The position numbers and the translations under genes were made by a program. A stretch of DNA of 64,000 nt from Oscillospiraceae bacterium. Its GTDB lineage: Bacteria; Bacillota; Clostridia; Oscillospirales; Ruminococcaceae. Positions 1 through 9,393 of the stretch are shown piece by piece (the stretch's first letter is position 1; each line of letters begins with the position of its first letter). The notes below the pieces were generated by a model. The model was not told the DNA's origin. It did not search any database and saw only the letters and a list, made by a program, of their open reading frames with translations. The stretch is from assembly GCA_017559185.1 (NCBI GenBank), contig JAFYSU010000034.1, positions 90 to 64,089 on the forward strand, written 5' to 3'.

Positions 1-740
1 TTTCCTGCATTTTCTATATAGCATATTTTTTAAGCGGTCGCTCCGTGCTTTCCGTTTCCATAAAGGATTTCCGTCTCAAGGGAATTTTCGTGCCTGTTAT
101 GGTAATTGGAGTTCCCACTACACTCAACAACATCCTCATGAGCTGTTCAAACATTCTTTACAACAACTTCCTTGCATCATACGGTGACAACGCAGTTGCC
201 GCCATGGGGGTAGCCGCAAAAATCAACCTTGTTGTTATCATGCTGCAGATGGGCATATCCATGGGCGTTCAACCGCTTATTGGTTACTGCTACGGTGCAA
301 ATCTGCAAAAGCGTCTTAAAAACGCTACCAATTTTTCCATCCTATGCACCCTTGCAATAGGTACTTTAATGACTATTGTATGCTTCATATTTGCAAAACC
401 AATCATACAATTCTTCCTTAATGACTCCAATATTATGGATATCGGAATTTTAATGGTGCACGCACTCATGCTTTCCGCACCTGTTTTGGGAATATTGTTT
501 ATTTACGCTTCTGCACTTCAGGCAATGGGCAAAGCAGTCGCTTCTCTTGTTCTTTCGTTAAGCCGTCAGGGGTTGGTGTTCATACCTTTGCTGTTTATTC
601 TTGACCCGATGTTCGGTCTGCAAGGTATTATTTACGCACAGCCCGTTGCCGATATTATTTCAATTGTTATGGGTGCGGTAATGTTTTTCTCCATAGTCGG
701 AAAAATGAAACCCTCCGAACGCTCCACTGACGAAATTTAA
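1..740 (+). CDS. MATE family efflux transporter, C-terminal portion (5' end outside window)
   Basis: Frame of ORF 45..740 stays open back to base 3. Polytopic product with a MATE-type pattern (VAAMGVAAKINLVVIMLQMGISMGVQPLIGYCYGA). Same family as the complete gene at 47530..48879. Confidence 0.8.
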   Translation, partial: SCIFYIAYFLSGRSVLSVSIKDFRLKGIFVPVMVIGVPTTLNNILMSCSNILYNNFLASYGDNAVAAMGVAAKINLVVIMLQMGISMGVQPLIGYCYGANLQKRLKNATNFSILCTLAIGTLMTIVCFIFAKPIIQFFLNDSNIMDIGILMVHALMLSAPVLGILFIYASALQAMGKAVASLVLSLSRQGLVFIPLLFILDPMFGLQGIIYAQPVADIISIVMGAVMFFSIVGKMKPSERSTDEI

Positions 741-843
741 ATTTTGCCTTATTTCTAAAATTTTCCGTTTTTACCCTATGATTATCCGCACAAAAAGGTT
801 ATAATTATAAGATATTATTCTGCATGAAAGGAGGCATACAGTT

Positions 844-2265
844 CTGGACAGATACAAAACCCTGTTATCCAACACTATAATATTTTTCATAGGCACCTTT
901 GGCTCAAAGCTGTTGGTGTTCCTGCTTATGCCTCTTTACACCCGTGTGCTGACCACTGCCGATTACGGCATAGTGGATTTGATAGTGCAGACGGCAAACC
1001 TGCTTATACCTGTGGTTTCGGCAGGTATTTCCAACTCGGTCATACGCTTTGGCCTTGACCGCTCCGTACGAAAAAGCGATGTTTTCTCGACAGGTTTGCG
1101 CACAGTTTTCACAGGCTTTTTAATATTCCTTTTGCTGTATCCATTCTCGGACAAGCTGCCGTTTTTAAGCGAACACACCCTTTTAATATACCTTTATGTC
1201 TTGGCATCCTGCCTTCGCGGGATTTGCTCGCAGTTTACCAAATCGCTCGGTCTTGTGCGCCTTTACGCATTCGACGGCATATTCAGCACATTTATGGTAG
1301 TAGCGTTCAACATTACCTTTCTGGTTGGTTTGGGTTGGGGTATTACGGGATATATTCTATCCACCATACTTTCGGATTTTCTTTCGTCCTGCTTTTTGTT
1401 TTCCACTGCAAGACTTTACAAGTTTGTTAAATTAAACGGCATAAAAAAAAGCACACGGCGTGCCATGCTGCGTTATTCCGTTCCTTTGATACCTACAACC
1501 ATATTCTGGTGGATAACCAATGTTTCCGACCGTTATCTTGTTTCTTACATGCTTGGCAGTGATGCCAACGGACTTTATGCCGTATCCTACAAAATACCAA
1601 CCATTGTAATTCTCATTTCGGGTATATTCATTGATGCGTGGCAGATATCCGCAGTGTCTGAAACCGACCGCTACGAACGGGAACGCTTTTTTACCAAAGT
1701 GTTTGGTGTATACCAATCAATAGTTTTTCTTACATCTTCGGGACTTATTGCTTTTTGCAAGCTAATCACCATGATACTTGTTTCCGAAGCCTTTTACCCC
1801 TCATGGCAATACATCCCGTTCCTTGTTATGTCCACCGCATTCTCCTGCTTTGTAACCTTTCTGGGAACGGTTTACATGGTAGAAAAGTGCAGTGTTATGA
1901 ATCTTGCAACTACAATTATCGGTGCAGTGATAAACCTGATACTCAACATCAAGCTCATCCCTGTGTACGGTGTAACAGGTGCAGCATTCGCAACCTTCTT
2001 CAGTTATTTTGCCGTATTCTTCATCCGTGCAGTGGATACCAGAAGATTTTTGAAAATTGATTTCAATGTATTAAAATTAAGTGCCAATCTCTTCATAATC
2101 ACCGTACAAAGCATTGTGATTATGGCTTCACCGCCACGCTGGATACTTATGCAGGCAGCACTTGTATCACTCATGTTCCTGCTTAACTTCCGTGATATAA
2201 TGCTTAGCGTTTACAAGCTTTTAGGCAAATTCTTAGGTCGAAAAAACAGGCGTTTGGCCCAATAA
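844..2265 (+). CDS. MOP-superfamily polysaccharide/oligosaccharide flippase (Wzx/PST type)
   Basis: Polytopic membrane protein. The ORF track starts at TTG 913, but the family-typical N-terminus (DRYKTLLSNTIIFFIGTFGSKLL) lies upstream in frame with no ATG/GTG/TTG. GGAGG at 830-834 sits 9 nt before in-frame CTG 844. True start is uncertain (844-913). Confidence 0.7.
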   Translation: MDRYKTLLSNTIIFFIGTFGSKLLVFLLMPLYTRVLTTADYGIVDLIVQTANLLIPVVSAGISNSVIRFGLDRSVRKSDVFSTGLRTVFTGFLIFLLLYPFSDKLPFLSEHTLLIYLYVLASCLRGICSQFTKSLGLVRLYAFDGIFSTFMVVAFNITFLVGLGWGITGYILSTILSDFLSSCFLFSTARLYKFVKLNGIKKSTRRAMLRYSVPLIPTTIFWWITNVSDRYLVSYMLGSDANGLYAVSYKIPTIVILISGIFIDAWQISAVSETDRYERERFFTKVFGVYQSIVFLTSSGLIAFCKLITMILVSEAFYPSWQYIPFLVMSTAFSCFVTFLGTVYMVEKCSVMNLATTIIGAVINLILNIKLIPVYGVTGAAFATFFSYFAVFFIRAVDTRRFLKIDFNVLKLSANLFIITVQSIVIMASPPRWILMQAALVSLMFLLNFRDIMLSVYKLLGKFLGRKNRRLAQ

Positions 2266-2274
2266 AACAAATAC

Positions 2275-2310
2275 AAAAAGCGTGCCTTTTTATGAAAGGC
2301 ACGCTTTTTA
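2275..2310. terminator. Bidirectional intrinsic terminator (flippase / potD convergent)
   Basis: Stem agcgtgccttt / aaaggcacgct, flanked by an A-run and a T-run. Confidence 0.8.
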
Positions 2311-2313
2311 AAT

Positions 2314-3528
2314 TCAGCGGTATTTCTTTTTCCTTTTTTTGCGCATTGCAGTAACCAAAACAGAAATAACAAGTGCGCCAAGCACAAACAGCGGCATTGC
2401 CCAGTTAAGATAATCTGCGTCGTCACTCAATATCTCGGTCCACAACTGGTCCAAAAGCAGGTTTGTTTCCTCGGAAAGATTTACAAACATCTGCGCATTC
2501 GCAAGCTGTTCCGCCTCAGGATATCGAATAGGGTCATTCCGCACTTCATCCGGCAGCATTTCCAACGCTGCTGTATTAGGAGTAGAATAGCAGATATACT
2601 CGATGTTTGCAGCTGCAATTTCAGGCTCATTAAGGAAGTTGATATACATTTCGGCGGCTTCCTTATTTGCCGCACCTTTAGGAATACAAGCCGCATCCAC
2701 AAAGATGTTTGTTCCCTCTGCCGGAATACATATTTCAAGTGAATCGTTTACCTCTTTCATGGTAAAGTAGTCACCAACATAATACGGAGCCAATGCCGCT
2801 TCGTTGCCCTGCATTTTGTCAAAAATCTGGTCCATTACATATGCCTGAACCATGGTTTTTTGTTCTTTAAGCAGTTCTGCTGCTTCACGCAGCTGCATTG
2901 GGTCTTCGGTATTAATGCTGTATCCCAGTTTAAACAATGCAATTGCAAAAGCATCACGCGGATTTTTAAACATGAGCATATTGTTGGTGTACGACGGACT
3001 CCACATATCGTCCCAGCCTGTTATTTCACCGTTTACCATATCACGGTTGTAAATAAGACCCACCATACCCCAAGTATAAGGCACAGAGTACAAGTTTTGC
3101 GGGTCATATTCGGGATTAACAAACTTTTCATCAATATGCTCAAAGTTTGGAATGTTGTTAAAATCCAATTCTTCCAACATGCCTTCGTGCATCATTCTTG
3201 AAACCATGTAGTCAGATGGTATAACAACATCGTAAGTGTTAGCACCGCTTTTCAGCTTTGCGTACATTGCTTCGTTTGTATCGAATGTAGTGTAGTTAAC
3301 CTCGATACCGGTAAGCTCCTCGAACATGGAGTTTACATCCAATGTATCGTCAGTCCCGTCAGAGATATATTCACCCCAGTTGTACACATTAAGCTCAATA
3401 TCCTGACCTTTAAATTTTTGGTAATATTCCAAATCATAGTTGGAAAAATCATATTCCTCGGCACAGGCAGGAACTGCCATCGAAGCTGTAAGCACTGCCG
3501 CAAGAATTAAAGATGTCAGCTTTTTCAA
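2314..3528 (-). CDS. potD: Spermidine/putrescine ABC transporter substrate-binding protein with an extra C-terminal TM anchor
   Basis: Signal peptide MKKLTSLILAAVLTASMAVPACA. PotD/PotF-type motifs NVYNWGEYISDG, VVIPSDYM, SVPYTWGMVG. 4-nt overlap with potC. C-terminal hydrophobic helix followed by RKKRKKKYR. Confidence 0.85.
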   Translation of the reverse strand: MKKLTSLILAAVLTASMAVPACAEEYDFSNYDLEYYQKFKGQDIELNVYNWGEYISDGTDDTLDVNSMFEELTGIEVNYTTFDTNEAMYAKLKSGANTYDVVIPSDYMVSRMMHEGMLEELDFNNIPNFEHIDEKFVNPEYDPQNLYSVPYTWGMVGLIYNRDMVNGEITGWDDMWSPSYTNNMLMFKNPRDAFAIALFKLGYSINTEDPMQLREAAELLKEQKTMVQAYVMDQIFDKMQGNEAALAPYYVGDYFTMKEVNDSLEICIPAEGTNIFVDAACIPKGAANKEAAEMYINFLNEPEIAAANIEYICYSTPNTAALEMLPDEVRNDPIRYPEAEQLANAQMFVNLSEETNLLLDQLWTEILSDDADYLNWAMPLFVLGALVISVLVTAMRKKRKKKYR

Positions 3529-4379
3529 AACGCAGTGCCCCCTTTTCGTTTTTGTTTTGTTTGTTTTTCTTTATGCATTTCGTACAGGTTCGCACAAATA
3601 AGCACAAAAAGAACAACACAGAACATAACTGTAGAAAGCGCATTTATTTCAGGACTTACTCGTTTTTTGGTCATCGAATAAATCAGCACCGACAAAGGCT
3701 GGTGTTTTGTACCTGTTGTAAAATATCCTACAATGAAGTCATCTATCGAGTATGTCAGCGACATCAAAAATCCTGCCATAATACCCGGTTTAAGCTCATG
3801 TATTGCAACCTTAAAGAATGCCTGACGAGGGTTGCAGCCAAGGTCCATTGCTGCTTCCACAATGGAATAGTCCATTTGGCGCAGCTTTGGCAGAACATTC
3901 AAAATAACATACGGTACATTAAAGGTTATATGCGCAAGACAAAGGGTAAGCAAGCCGAATTCAAAACTCCAGTTTGTACCTGCAACTGCATTCCAGCGCA
4001 TTACCAAACCACGCATAGCAACAAACAACAGCATAAATCCTACACCGGTAATTATTTCCGGGTTAACTATCGGCAGGTAGGTGAGCTGCATAATAATATT
4101 TCTTGGGGTCTTCTTCATTTTATCAAGACCGATAGCCGCTGCTGTTCCAAGCACAGTTGCTATAACAGAAGCAATAAAAGCTACCAACAATGTGGTAATA
4201 AGTGCATCCATAACGGCTTCGTTACGAAACAGCTCCTTGTACCATTTTGTTGTAAAGTGTGTAAATGTACGCCCCTTCGCATCGTTAAAGGAATAAATTA
4301 TAAGCACAGCGATTGGTGCATACATGAATGCCATAAACAGTCCGATATATCCTGTGGAAACCCAATTTTGTTTTTTCAT
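3525..4379 (-). CDS. potC: Spermidine/putrescine ABC transporter permease
   Basis: Six-TM permease with EAA-type loop (VEAAMDLGCNPRQAFFKV). Overlaps potB stop and potD start by 4 nt. Confidence 0.85.
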   Translation of the reverse strand: MKKQNWVSTGYIGLFMAFMYAPIAVLIIYSFNDAKGRTFTHFTTKWYKELFRNEAVMDALITTLLVAFIASVIATVLGTAAAIGLDKMKKTPRNIIMQLTYLPIVNPEIITGVGFMLLFVAMRGLVMRWNAVAGTNWSFEFGLLTLCLAHITFNVPYVILNVLPKLRQMDYSIVEAAMDLGCNPRQAFFKVAIHELKPGIMAGFLMSLTYSIDDFIVGYFTTGTKHQPLSVLIYSMTKKRVSPEINALSTVMFCVVLFVLICANLYEMHKEKQTKQKRKGGTAF

Positions 4380-5188
4380 ATCAGTCGGTCCTCCACATCA
4401 TCGTCATCAAAGAAGCCTGTCAAGCTCATGCACAGCAGAACAAGCACCATAAGAACCATGGATATTGCCGAACCAAGACTTGGGTTGTAAGCATTGCCCA
4501 AGAACTGGAGTTCGATTATATCCCCAATAAGCTGGTTTGTGCCACCGCCAAGCATCTGCGATATAACAAATGTAGAAACAGCAGGCACGAATACCATTGT
4601 AATTCCGGTGCGAACACCAGGCATGCTCAGTGGCAGAATAACCTGACTGAATACACTTGCAGGGCTTGCACCAAGGTCCTGAGCTGCTTCAATAACATCC
4701 TTGCCTATTTTAACCATAACGGAATGCAGCGGAAGTATCATGAATGGGATGTAGTTGTACACCATACCCATAATAACTGCACCCTGAGTGTTTATCATGG
4801 TCAAGGGTTCAATGCCGAACACACCCAAAATCTGGTTGATTATGCCGTTTTTCTCCAACAAAGTCATCCAAGCATAGGTGCGCAGCAAAAAGTTCATCCA
4901 CATTGGCAGCATAACAAGAGTAAGCAGTGTTCGGCTTGTAAGCCCCTGCATTCTTGAAAGCATGTATGAAAGCGGATACGCAAGAACCAAGCAAACCGCA
5001 GTCGATATTGTTGCAAGCCAAATGGAACGAATAAGCACAGGCATGTAACGCCCTGTCTGTGCAATATTAGCTATTGTAAATGCTCCCGAAGCATCGGTAA
5101 GAGCAAAGTAGATAATAAGCCCCATCGGAATGGCCATAAACACTATAAGCCATATGATGTAGGGATATGCCGCATACTTCATTTTCAT
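4376..5188 (-). CDS. potB: Spermidine/putrescine ABC transporter permease
   Basis: Permease with EAA loop (IEAAQDLGASPASVFSQVILP). Lies between potA and potC. Confidence 0.85.
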   Translation of the reverse strand: MKMKYAAYPYIIWLIVFMAIPMGLIIYFALTDASGAFTIANIAQTGRYMPVLIRSIWLATISTAVCLVLAYPLSYMLSRMQGLTSRTLLTLVMLPMWMNFLLRTYAWMTLLEKNGIINQILGVFGIEPLTMINTQGAVIMGMVYNYIPFMILPLHSVMVKIGKDVIEAAQDLGASPASVFSQVILPLSMPGVRTGITMVFVPAVSTFVISQMLGGGTNQLIGDIIELQFLGNAYNPSLGSAISMVLMVLVLLCMSLTGFFDDDDVEDRLI

Positions 5189-5192
5189 GGGC

Positions 5193-6236
5193 CTATTCCT
5201 CCATCTTCTTCATGATGTGAATATCCTCCGGAGTCACCATCATACCAATAAGAGTGCCCGGAGTCTGGCTGAGTGTGGAATGAATTATCCACTTTTGGCC
5301 GTGTCCGTCTACTGCAATTTCATAATGCACTCCCTTGAAAGTGACCGATTCAACCAAGCCGGTAAGCTGTGCTTCGTCAACCGGAACAACCTTTATATCT
5401 TCCGGTCTTATAACAACATCTACCTGTTCGTCGGTTTCAAATCCTTTATCCACACAATCAAACTCTACTCCGGCAAATTCCACAAGGAAATCCTTGTGCA
5501 TTACACCGTCAACAATGTTGCTTTCGCCTATAAAGTCGGCAACGAAAGCATTGGCAGGTTCGTTGTAGATGTCCTGCGGAGTACCTATCTGCATAATTTC
5601 CCCGCGCTTCATTACTACAACTCTGTCAGACATTGTAAGGGCTTCTTCTTGGTCGTGTGTTACATAAATAAATGTAATTTTAAGGCTTTGCTGAATACGC
5701 TTGAGCTCAAGCTGCATTTCTTTTCTCAGCTTAAGGTCAAGTGCACCGAGCGGCTCGTCCAAAAGCAGAACTTTTGGTTCGTTAACAAGCGCACGGGCAA
5801 TTGCTACACGCTGCTGCTGACCGCCCGACAACTGGTTAATGCTTCTGCTTTCAAACCCCGAAAGGTTTACAAGCTTGAGCATTTCCTCTACCTTGTCGGC
5901 AATCTGTTCTTTAGGCATTTTTTTGAGCTTCAGTCCAAAAGCTACATTTTCAAACACATCCAGATGCGGGAACAGTGCGTAGCGCTGGAATACTGTGTTT
6001 ACATGACGCTGATAAGGCGGCAATCCGTTGATTTTTTTACCATCAAAAAAAACGTCACCCTCTTTAGGCTCGATGAAACCACCAATAATCCTAAGGGTGG
6101 TAGTTTTACCACAGCCCGAAGGGCCTAAAAATGTAACGAATTCTTCATCACGAATGTCGAGGTCCAGACCATCGAGCACTCGTTCACCATCGTACTCTGC
6201 AACGATACCGCGCAGACTAATGATATTTTTTTCCAT
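5193..6236 (-). CDS. potA: Spermidine/putrescine ABC transporter ATP-binding protein
   Basis: Walker [10 protein letters not shown], signature [15 protein letters not shown], Walker B LLLDEP, C-terminal TOBE-like domain. SD AAAGGGGGA lies 8 nt upstream of ATG 6236. Confidence 0.9.
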   Translation of the reverse strand: MEKNIISLRGIVAEYDGERVLDGLDLDIRDEEFVTFLGPSGCGKTTTLRIIGGFIEPKEGDVFFDGKKINGLPPYQRHVNTVFQRYALFPHLDVFENVAFGLKLKKMPKEQIADKVEEMLKLVNLSGFESRSINQLSGGQQQRVAIARALVNEPKVLLLDEPLGALDLKLRKEMQLELKRIQQSLKITFIYVTHDQEEALTMSDRVVVMKRGEIMQIGTPQDIYNEPANAFVADFIGESNIVDGVMHKDFLVEFAGVEFDCVDKGFETDEQVDVVIRPEDIKVVPVDEAQLTGLVESVTFKGVHYEIAVDGHGQKWIIHSTLSQTPGTLIGMMVTPEDIHIMKKMEE

Positions 6237-6609
6237 ATAAGAGCATCCCCCTTTGCGGATTTTAGTTAGAGCAAGTAAATTTTCGGGGTTATCCCCTTAT
6301 TAAACCCTGCTAACCCACAAACCTGTATACCGCTTCCCGCAAAAGGCTTTTATCTAATCGTTGCTTCACTTTTTTAAAAAGCGCAAAAATGCCCGTATTC
6401 CTGCCATTGGCAGAAAACAGACATCATGCAAAAGCGAAACCCGTTGTTAGGCGGTACCTTTTAGTCTGTGATTGTCGAACAAAAAATGACTTACTGTTCC
6501 TAAGTCACTTTTGCTCTGGTCATTGCTTTTAAGATGCTAACCCTCATACCTGAAGGTTAAACGATTTATATTTTATTATGCCGTGGACTGCGGCAAAATA
6601 ACAATGCTT

Positions 6610-6637
6610 ACTATAACAGATTATACACAAAAGTCAA
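6610..6637 (-). promoter_or_regulatory. Candidate sigma-A promoter of the pot operon leader
   Basis: Minus strand TTGACT, 16 nt, TATAGT. Would give a 5' leader of about 365 nt before potA. Confidence 0.4.
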
Positions 6638-6755
6638 GGAAAAACTGCCGTTACAGCTTTTCAGCCTTAGTTTTTCTCTGTTTTGAAGAATTATCTTTTA
6701 TTTTCGTCGGTAATTCTTCGTTTTTCTCGCAATTATACCAATTTGTGATAAGTTT

Positions 6756-7631
6756 TTAACATATAACTTCACTCATTTTAGGTATGGAATCGGATGCACC
6801 TTCACGGCTAACCGTTATCGAGCATGCACGCGAAGCCATGTCCATTATTTCGGGTATTTGCTGTCCCTGCAAAAGCCCTGCAAGGAAGTAACCTGTAAAT
6901 GTATCTCCGGCTGCAGTTGTGTCCACCACTTTGGTTGGATAAACTGCTTGTTCCGTATAATTTTCACCGTCAAAGCAAACCGAACCCTTTTCGCCAAGTG
7001 TAAGCACAGTTTTGCTTTTGGGGTACATTTTACTAAGTGCTTCGCATATCAATCTCGGCTCGCTTTCACCTGTAAGCTGCTCGCCTTCTATTTCATTCAG
7101 CAAAAACCAATCCACATTTTCCAAGCCGGATTTTTTAAGGCTGTCATCCATGGGAGACGGATTAAGAACTATAATCATACCCCGTTTTTTTGCCTGCGAC
7201 ATAATATACGGCATACCTGATATTTCATTTTGAAGCAGCAAAAAATCGCCCGCTTGAAAATTATTCAAAACTTCATCTATAAATGCTTCGTCTATTTCGC
7301 GATTTGCACCGCCAAAAAGCAGTATGCTGTTTTGACCGCTTTCATCAACCTGTATTACAGCATGTCCGCTTTCTCCCTGTGTTTGGCGAACAAACGATGT
7401 ATCCACACCTTTTTCCTTTAAGCGCTCGATTAGCATATCACCGTCTTTGCCAACCTTTCCCGCCATGCTCACCGGACAACCTGCACACGCAAGAGCAATA
7501 CTTTGGTTTAGTCCTTTTCCGCCGCAAAACAAGCTAAGTCCAAGCGATGCAAGCGTTTCACCGGGCTTTACAAAATGTTCGACTTTATAAACCTTATCCA
7601 AGTTCAGCGACCCGAAGCAAAGTATCCTCAC
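6756..7631 (-). CDS. rbsK: Ribokinase (PfkB family)
   Basis: Motifs ILCFGSLNLD, GGKGLNQS, DTTAAGDTFTGYF. Start re-set to GTG 7631, which lies 8 nt downstream of AAGGAGG; the ORF track ATG 7673 has no SD. Confidence 0.85.
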   Translation of the reverse strand: MRILCFGSLNLDKVYKVEHFVKPGETLASLGLSLFCGGKGLNQSIALACAGCPVSMAGKVGKDGDMLIERLKEKGVDTSFVRQTQGESGHAVIQVDESGQNSILLFGGANREIDEAFIDEVLNNFQAGDFLLLQNEISGMPYIMSQAKKRGMIIVLNPSPMDDSLKKSGLENVDWFLLNEIEGEQLTGESEPRLICEALSKMYPKSKTVLTLGEKGSVCFDGENYTEQAVYPTKVVDTTAAGDTFTGYFLAGLLQGQQIPEIMDMASRACSITVSREGASDSIPKMSEVIC

Positions 7632-7937
7632 ACACAATTCCTCCTTACAACTATATTGTGTACCTCTGCACATACAGCAGTTTTTTTAATTATATTTTAC
7701 ATTACACTTTAAAGTCAATCAAAGCATTGTCAGGTATCATATATTTAAATATGCCCCCACCGCCAAATTCCGACTTTTTATACATAAAAACTCCCCTCTC
7801 ACCGCAAGTTATCTTGAATATGGCACAAAAATATGTTAAATTTACATTGATAGATTGTTTTGAAACACCATTCCAACATGGTTAGTCAATACAAACACAT
7901 AATACTATTAAATACCCAAAAGGAGGCTTGCATTCCG

Positions 7938-9305
7938 ATGAAAAAACTACTCGCATTTGTTATGGCTGCCGCAATGACTTTCAGCCTTACCGCTTGCGGC
8001 GGGCAAAAAGAAGGCTCCGGTGCTGCATCTGAACAAGAAAAACCAACCGTTGTTTATTTAGCCGAGGTACCTGCTTCTACCGAAGAACAAAAAGCTTGGG
8101 AAGAAGTTGCTGCCGATTTTGAAAAAGAATCCGGCATTCATGTGGAATTGCGCTTCCAAGGTACATGGGCAGAAATCCCACAGGCATTGCAGACTGCTAA
8201 AATGTCCGGTGAGCAAATTGACCTTGTAAAAGTCGGAATAGGAACAATTCGTTCCACACTCGGCCCTGCCAAAGCAGTTATGGATATGACCGACCTCATG
8301 GCAGATTACACCGACCGTTTCCCAGAAGGTGTTTTGGACAGCTGTTACATTGGCGGACATTTGTGGGCATTTCCTTATGCAGATGCTTCCTGCACAACAT
8401 GCCTGTACAATAAAACCATGTTTGACGAACTTGGCTTGCAGCCACCAACAACAATGGAAGAATGGGTAGCCGTTTCGGAAAAAATAACAGCCGAAAAAGG
8501 CATTATGCCAATGATTTTCCACGGTAAAGACGGTTGGTCTTGGCCAATGCTTTACTTTGACACCTTTGCACAGACCAGTGGCAACGACTCCATTGCTCAG
8601 GTAGAATCCTTCCTGCAGGGTTCCACTAAATTTACAGGCGATGCTCAAAAACAGGGCTTTGTACTCATTAAAGACCTGTTTGACAAAGGCATTATGACAT
8701 CCGCTTCGTTTGACACCGATGCAGACGGTATGATTGCTACATTTGCACAGCAAAAGGCTGCTATGATGTTCTGCGGAACATGGGATTACGACTCGGTAAA
8801 AGCTGCATCCGATTTCGAAGTAGCTGCATTTGAATTCCCGCTTATGGTAGAAGGTGCACGCCGCGAACATGCTTTTGGTGTTGGTGACGGTGCTATTTCC
8901 ATTCCAAGCTTTGCAGACCAAAACAACATTAAAAACTCCATGAAGTTTGTTGAATACCTGCTCCGTCCTGAAGTTGCACACAAGCTCCTCACAGTAAACA
9001 CACCTAAATTTGAAGTTGTTAAAGGTGCTATGGCAGATGGTGACACAGTTACCGAATACCTCAACCAATATGTAGTGCCTAATTCCGTTATGTTCCTTGA
9101 CTGGATATGGCCATCCGAAGTAAACGATGCATTCTCGCAGACTATCCCTGCTGTTGCAAGCGGAAACATGACTCCTGAACAGGCTGTTGAAGTAGTTCAG
9201 GCGGCATATGACACCGCTGTTGCAGAAAAAGAATACACATACGACTGGTGGAATACTTGGACAGATGAGGACTGGGCAAAAGTTACTCCTCAGCTTCCTG
9301 AATAA
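7938..9305 (+). CDS. ABC transporter extracellular solute-binding lipoprotein (family 1 / CUT1-like)
   Basis: Start re-set to ATG 7938 after AGGAGG (7921-7926). Lipoprotein signal MKKLLAFVMAAAMTFSLTAC. Sugar-type SBP length and composition. Followed by two CUT1 permease genes. Confidence 0.8.
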   Translation: MKKLLAFVMAAAMTFSLTACGGQKEGSGAASEQEKPTVVYLAEVPASTEEQKAWEEVAADFEKESGIHVELRFQGTWAEIPQALQTAKMSGEQIDLVKVGIGTIRSTLGPAKAVMDMTDLMADYTDRFPEGVLDSCYIGGHLWAFPYADASCTTCLYNKTMFDELGLQPPTTMEEWVAVSEKITAEKGIMPMIFHGKDGWSWPMLYFDTFAQTSGNDSIAQVESFLQGSTKFTGDAQKQGFVLIKDLFDKGIMTSASFDTDADGMIATFAQQKAAMMFCGTWDYDSVKAASDFEVAAFEFPLMVEGARREHAFGVGDGAISIPSFADQNNIKNSMKFVEYLLRPEVAHKLLTVNTPKFEVVKGAMADGDTVTEYLNQYVVPNSVMFLDWIWPSEVNDAFSQTIPAVASGNMTPEQAVEVVQAAYDTAVAEKEYTYDWWNTWTDEDWAKVTPQLPE

Positions 9306-9324
9306 AAAATGACCGGTAAATTAA

Positions 9325-9362
9325 CTGCCGGCAGAACACCACCGTTCTGCCGGCAGTTTTTT
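9325..9362 (+). terminator. Intra-operon terminator/attenuator after the SBP gene
   Basis: 13-bp stem ctgccggcagaac / gttctgccggcag followed by TTTTTT. Confidence 0.75.
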
Positions 9363-9393
9363 CCAAGCAACCATTTAATTTGGAGGACTACCA

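Noticed and set aside
6237-6637. T-box riboswitch in the pot leader (GGTACCGCC resembles the T-box GGUGGUACCGCG; AGAG and AGTA motifs occur upstream)
   Set aside because: The UGGN bulge context is missing. The only terminator-like hairpin lies upstream, not downstream, of the putative T-box, and pot genes are not an expected T-box target. The region is kept only as an unexplained long leader.
6686-6730. Hairpin GAAGAATTA-N17-TAATTCTTC after rbsK as the rbsK terminator
   Set aside because: The T-run follows it only on the plus strand, where nothing is transcribed toward it. On the minus strand it is followed by A-rich sequence, so its function is unclear.
8058-9068. 336-aa minus-strand ORF, and similar antisense ORFs at 3513..4490, 5187..6128, 11910..12647, 13350..14183, 22763..23374, 58439..58969 and 59646..60296
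   Set aside because: All lie opposite genes with clear family motifs. None has an SD or a recognisable domain.
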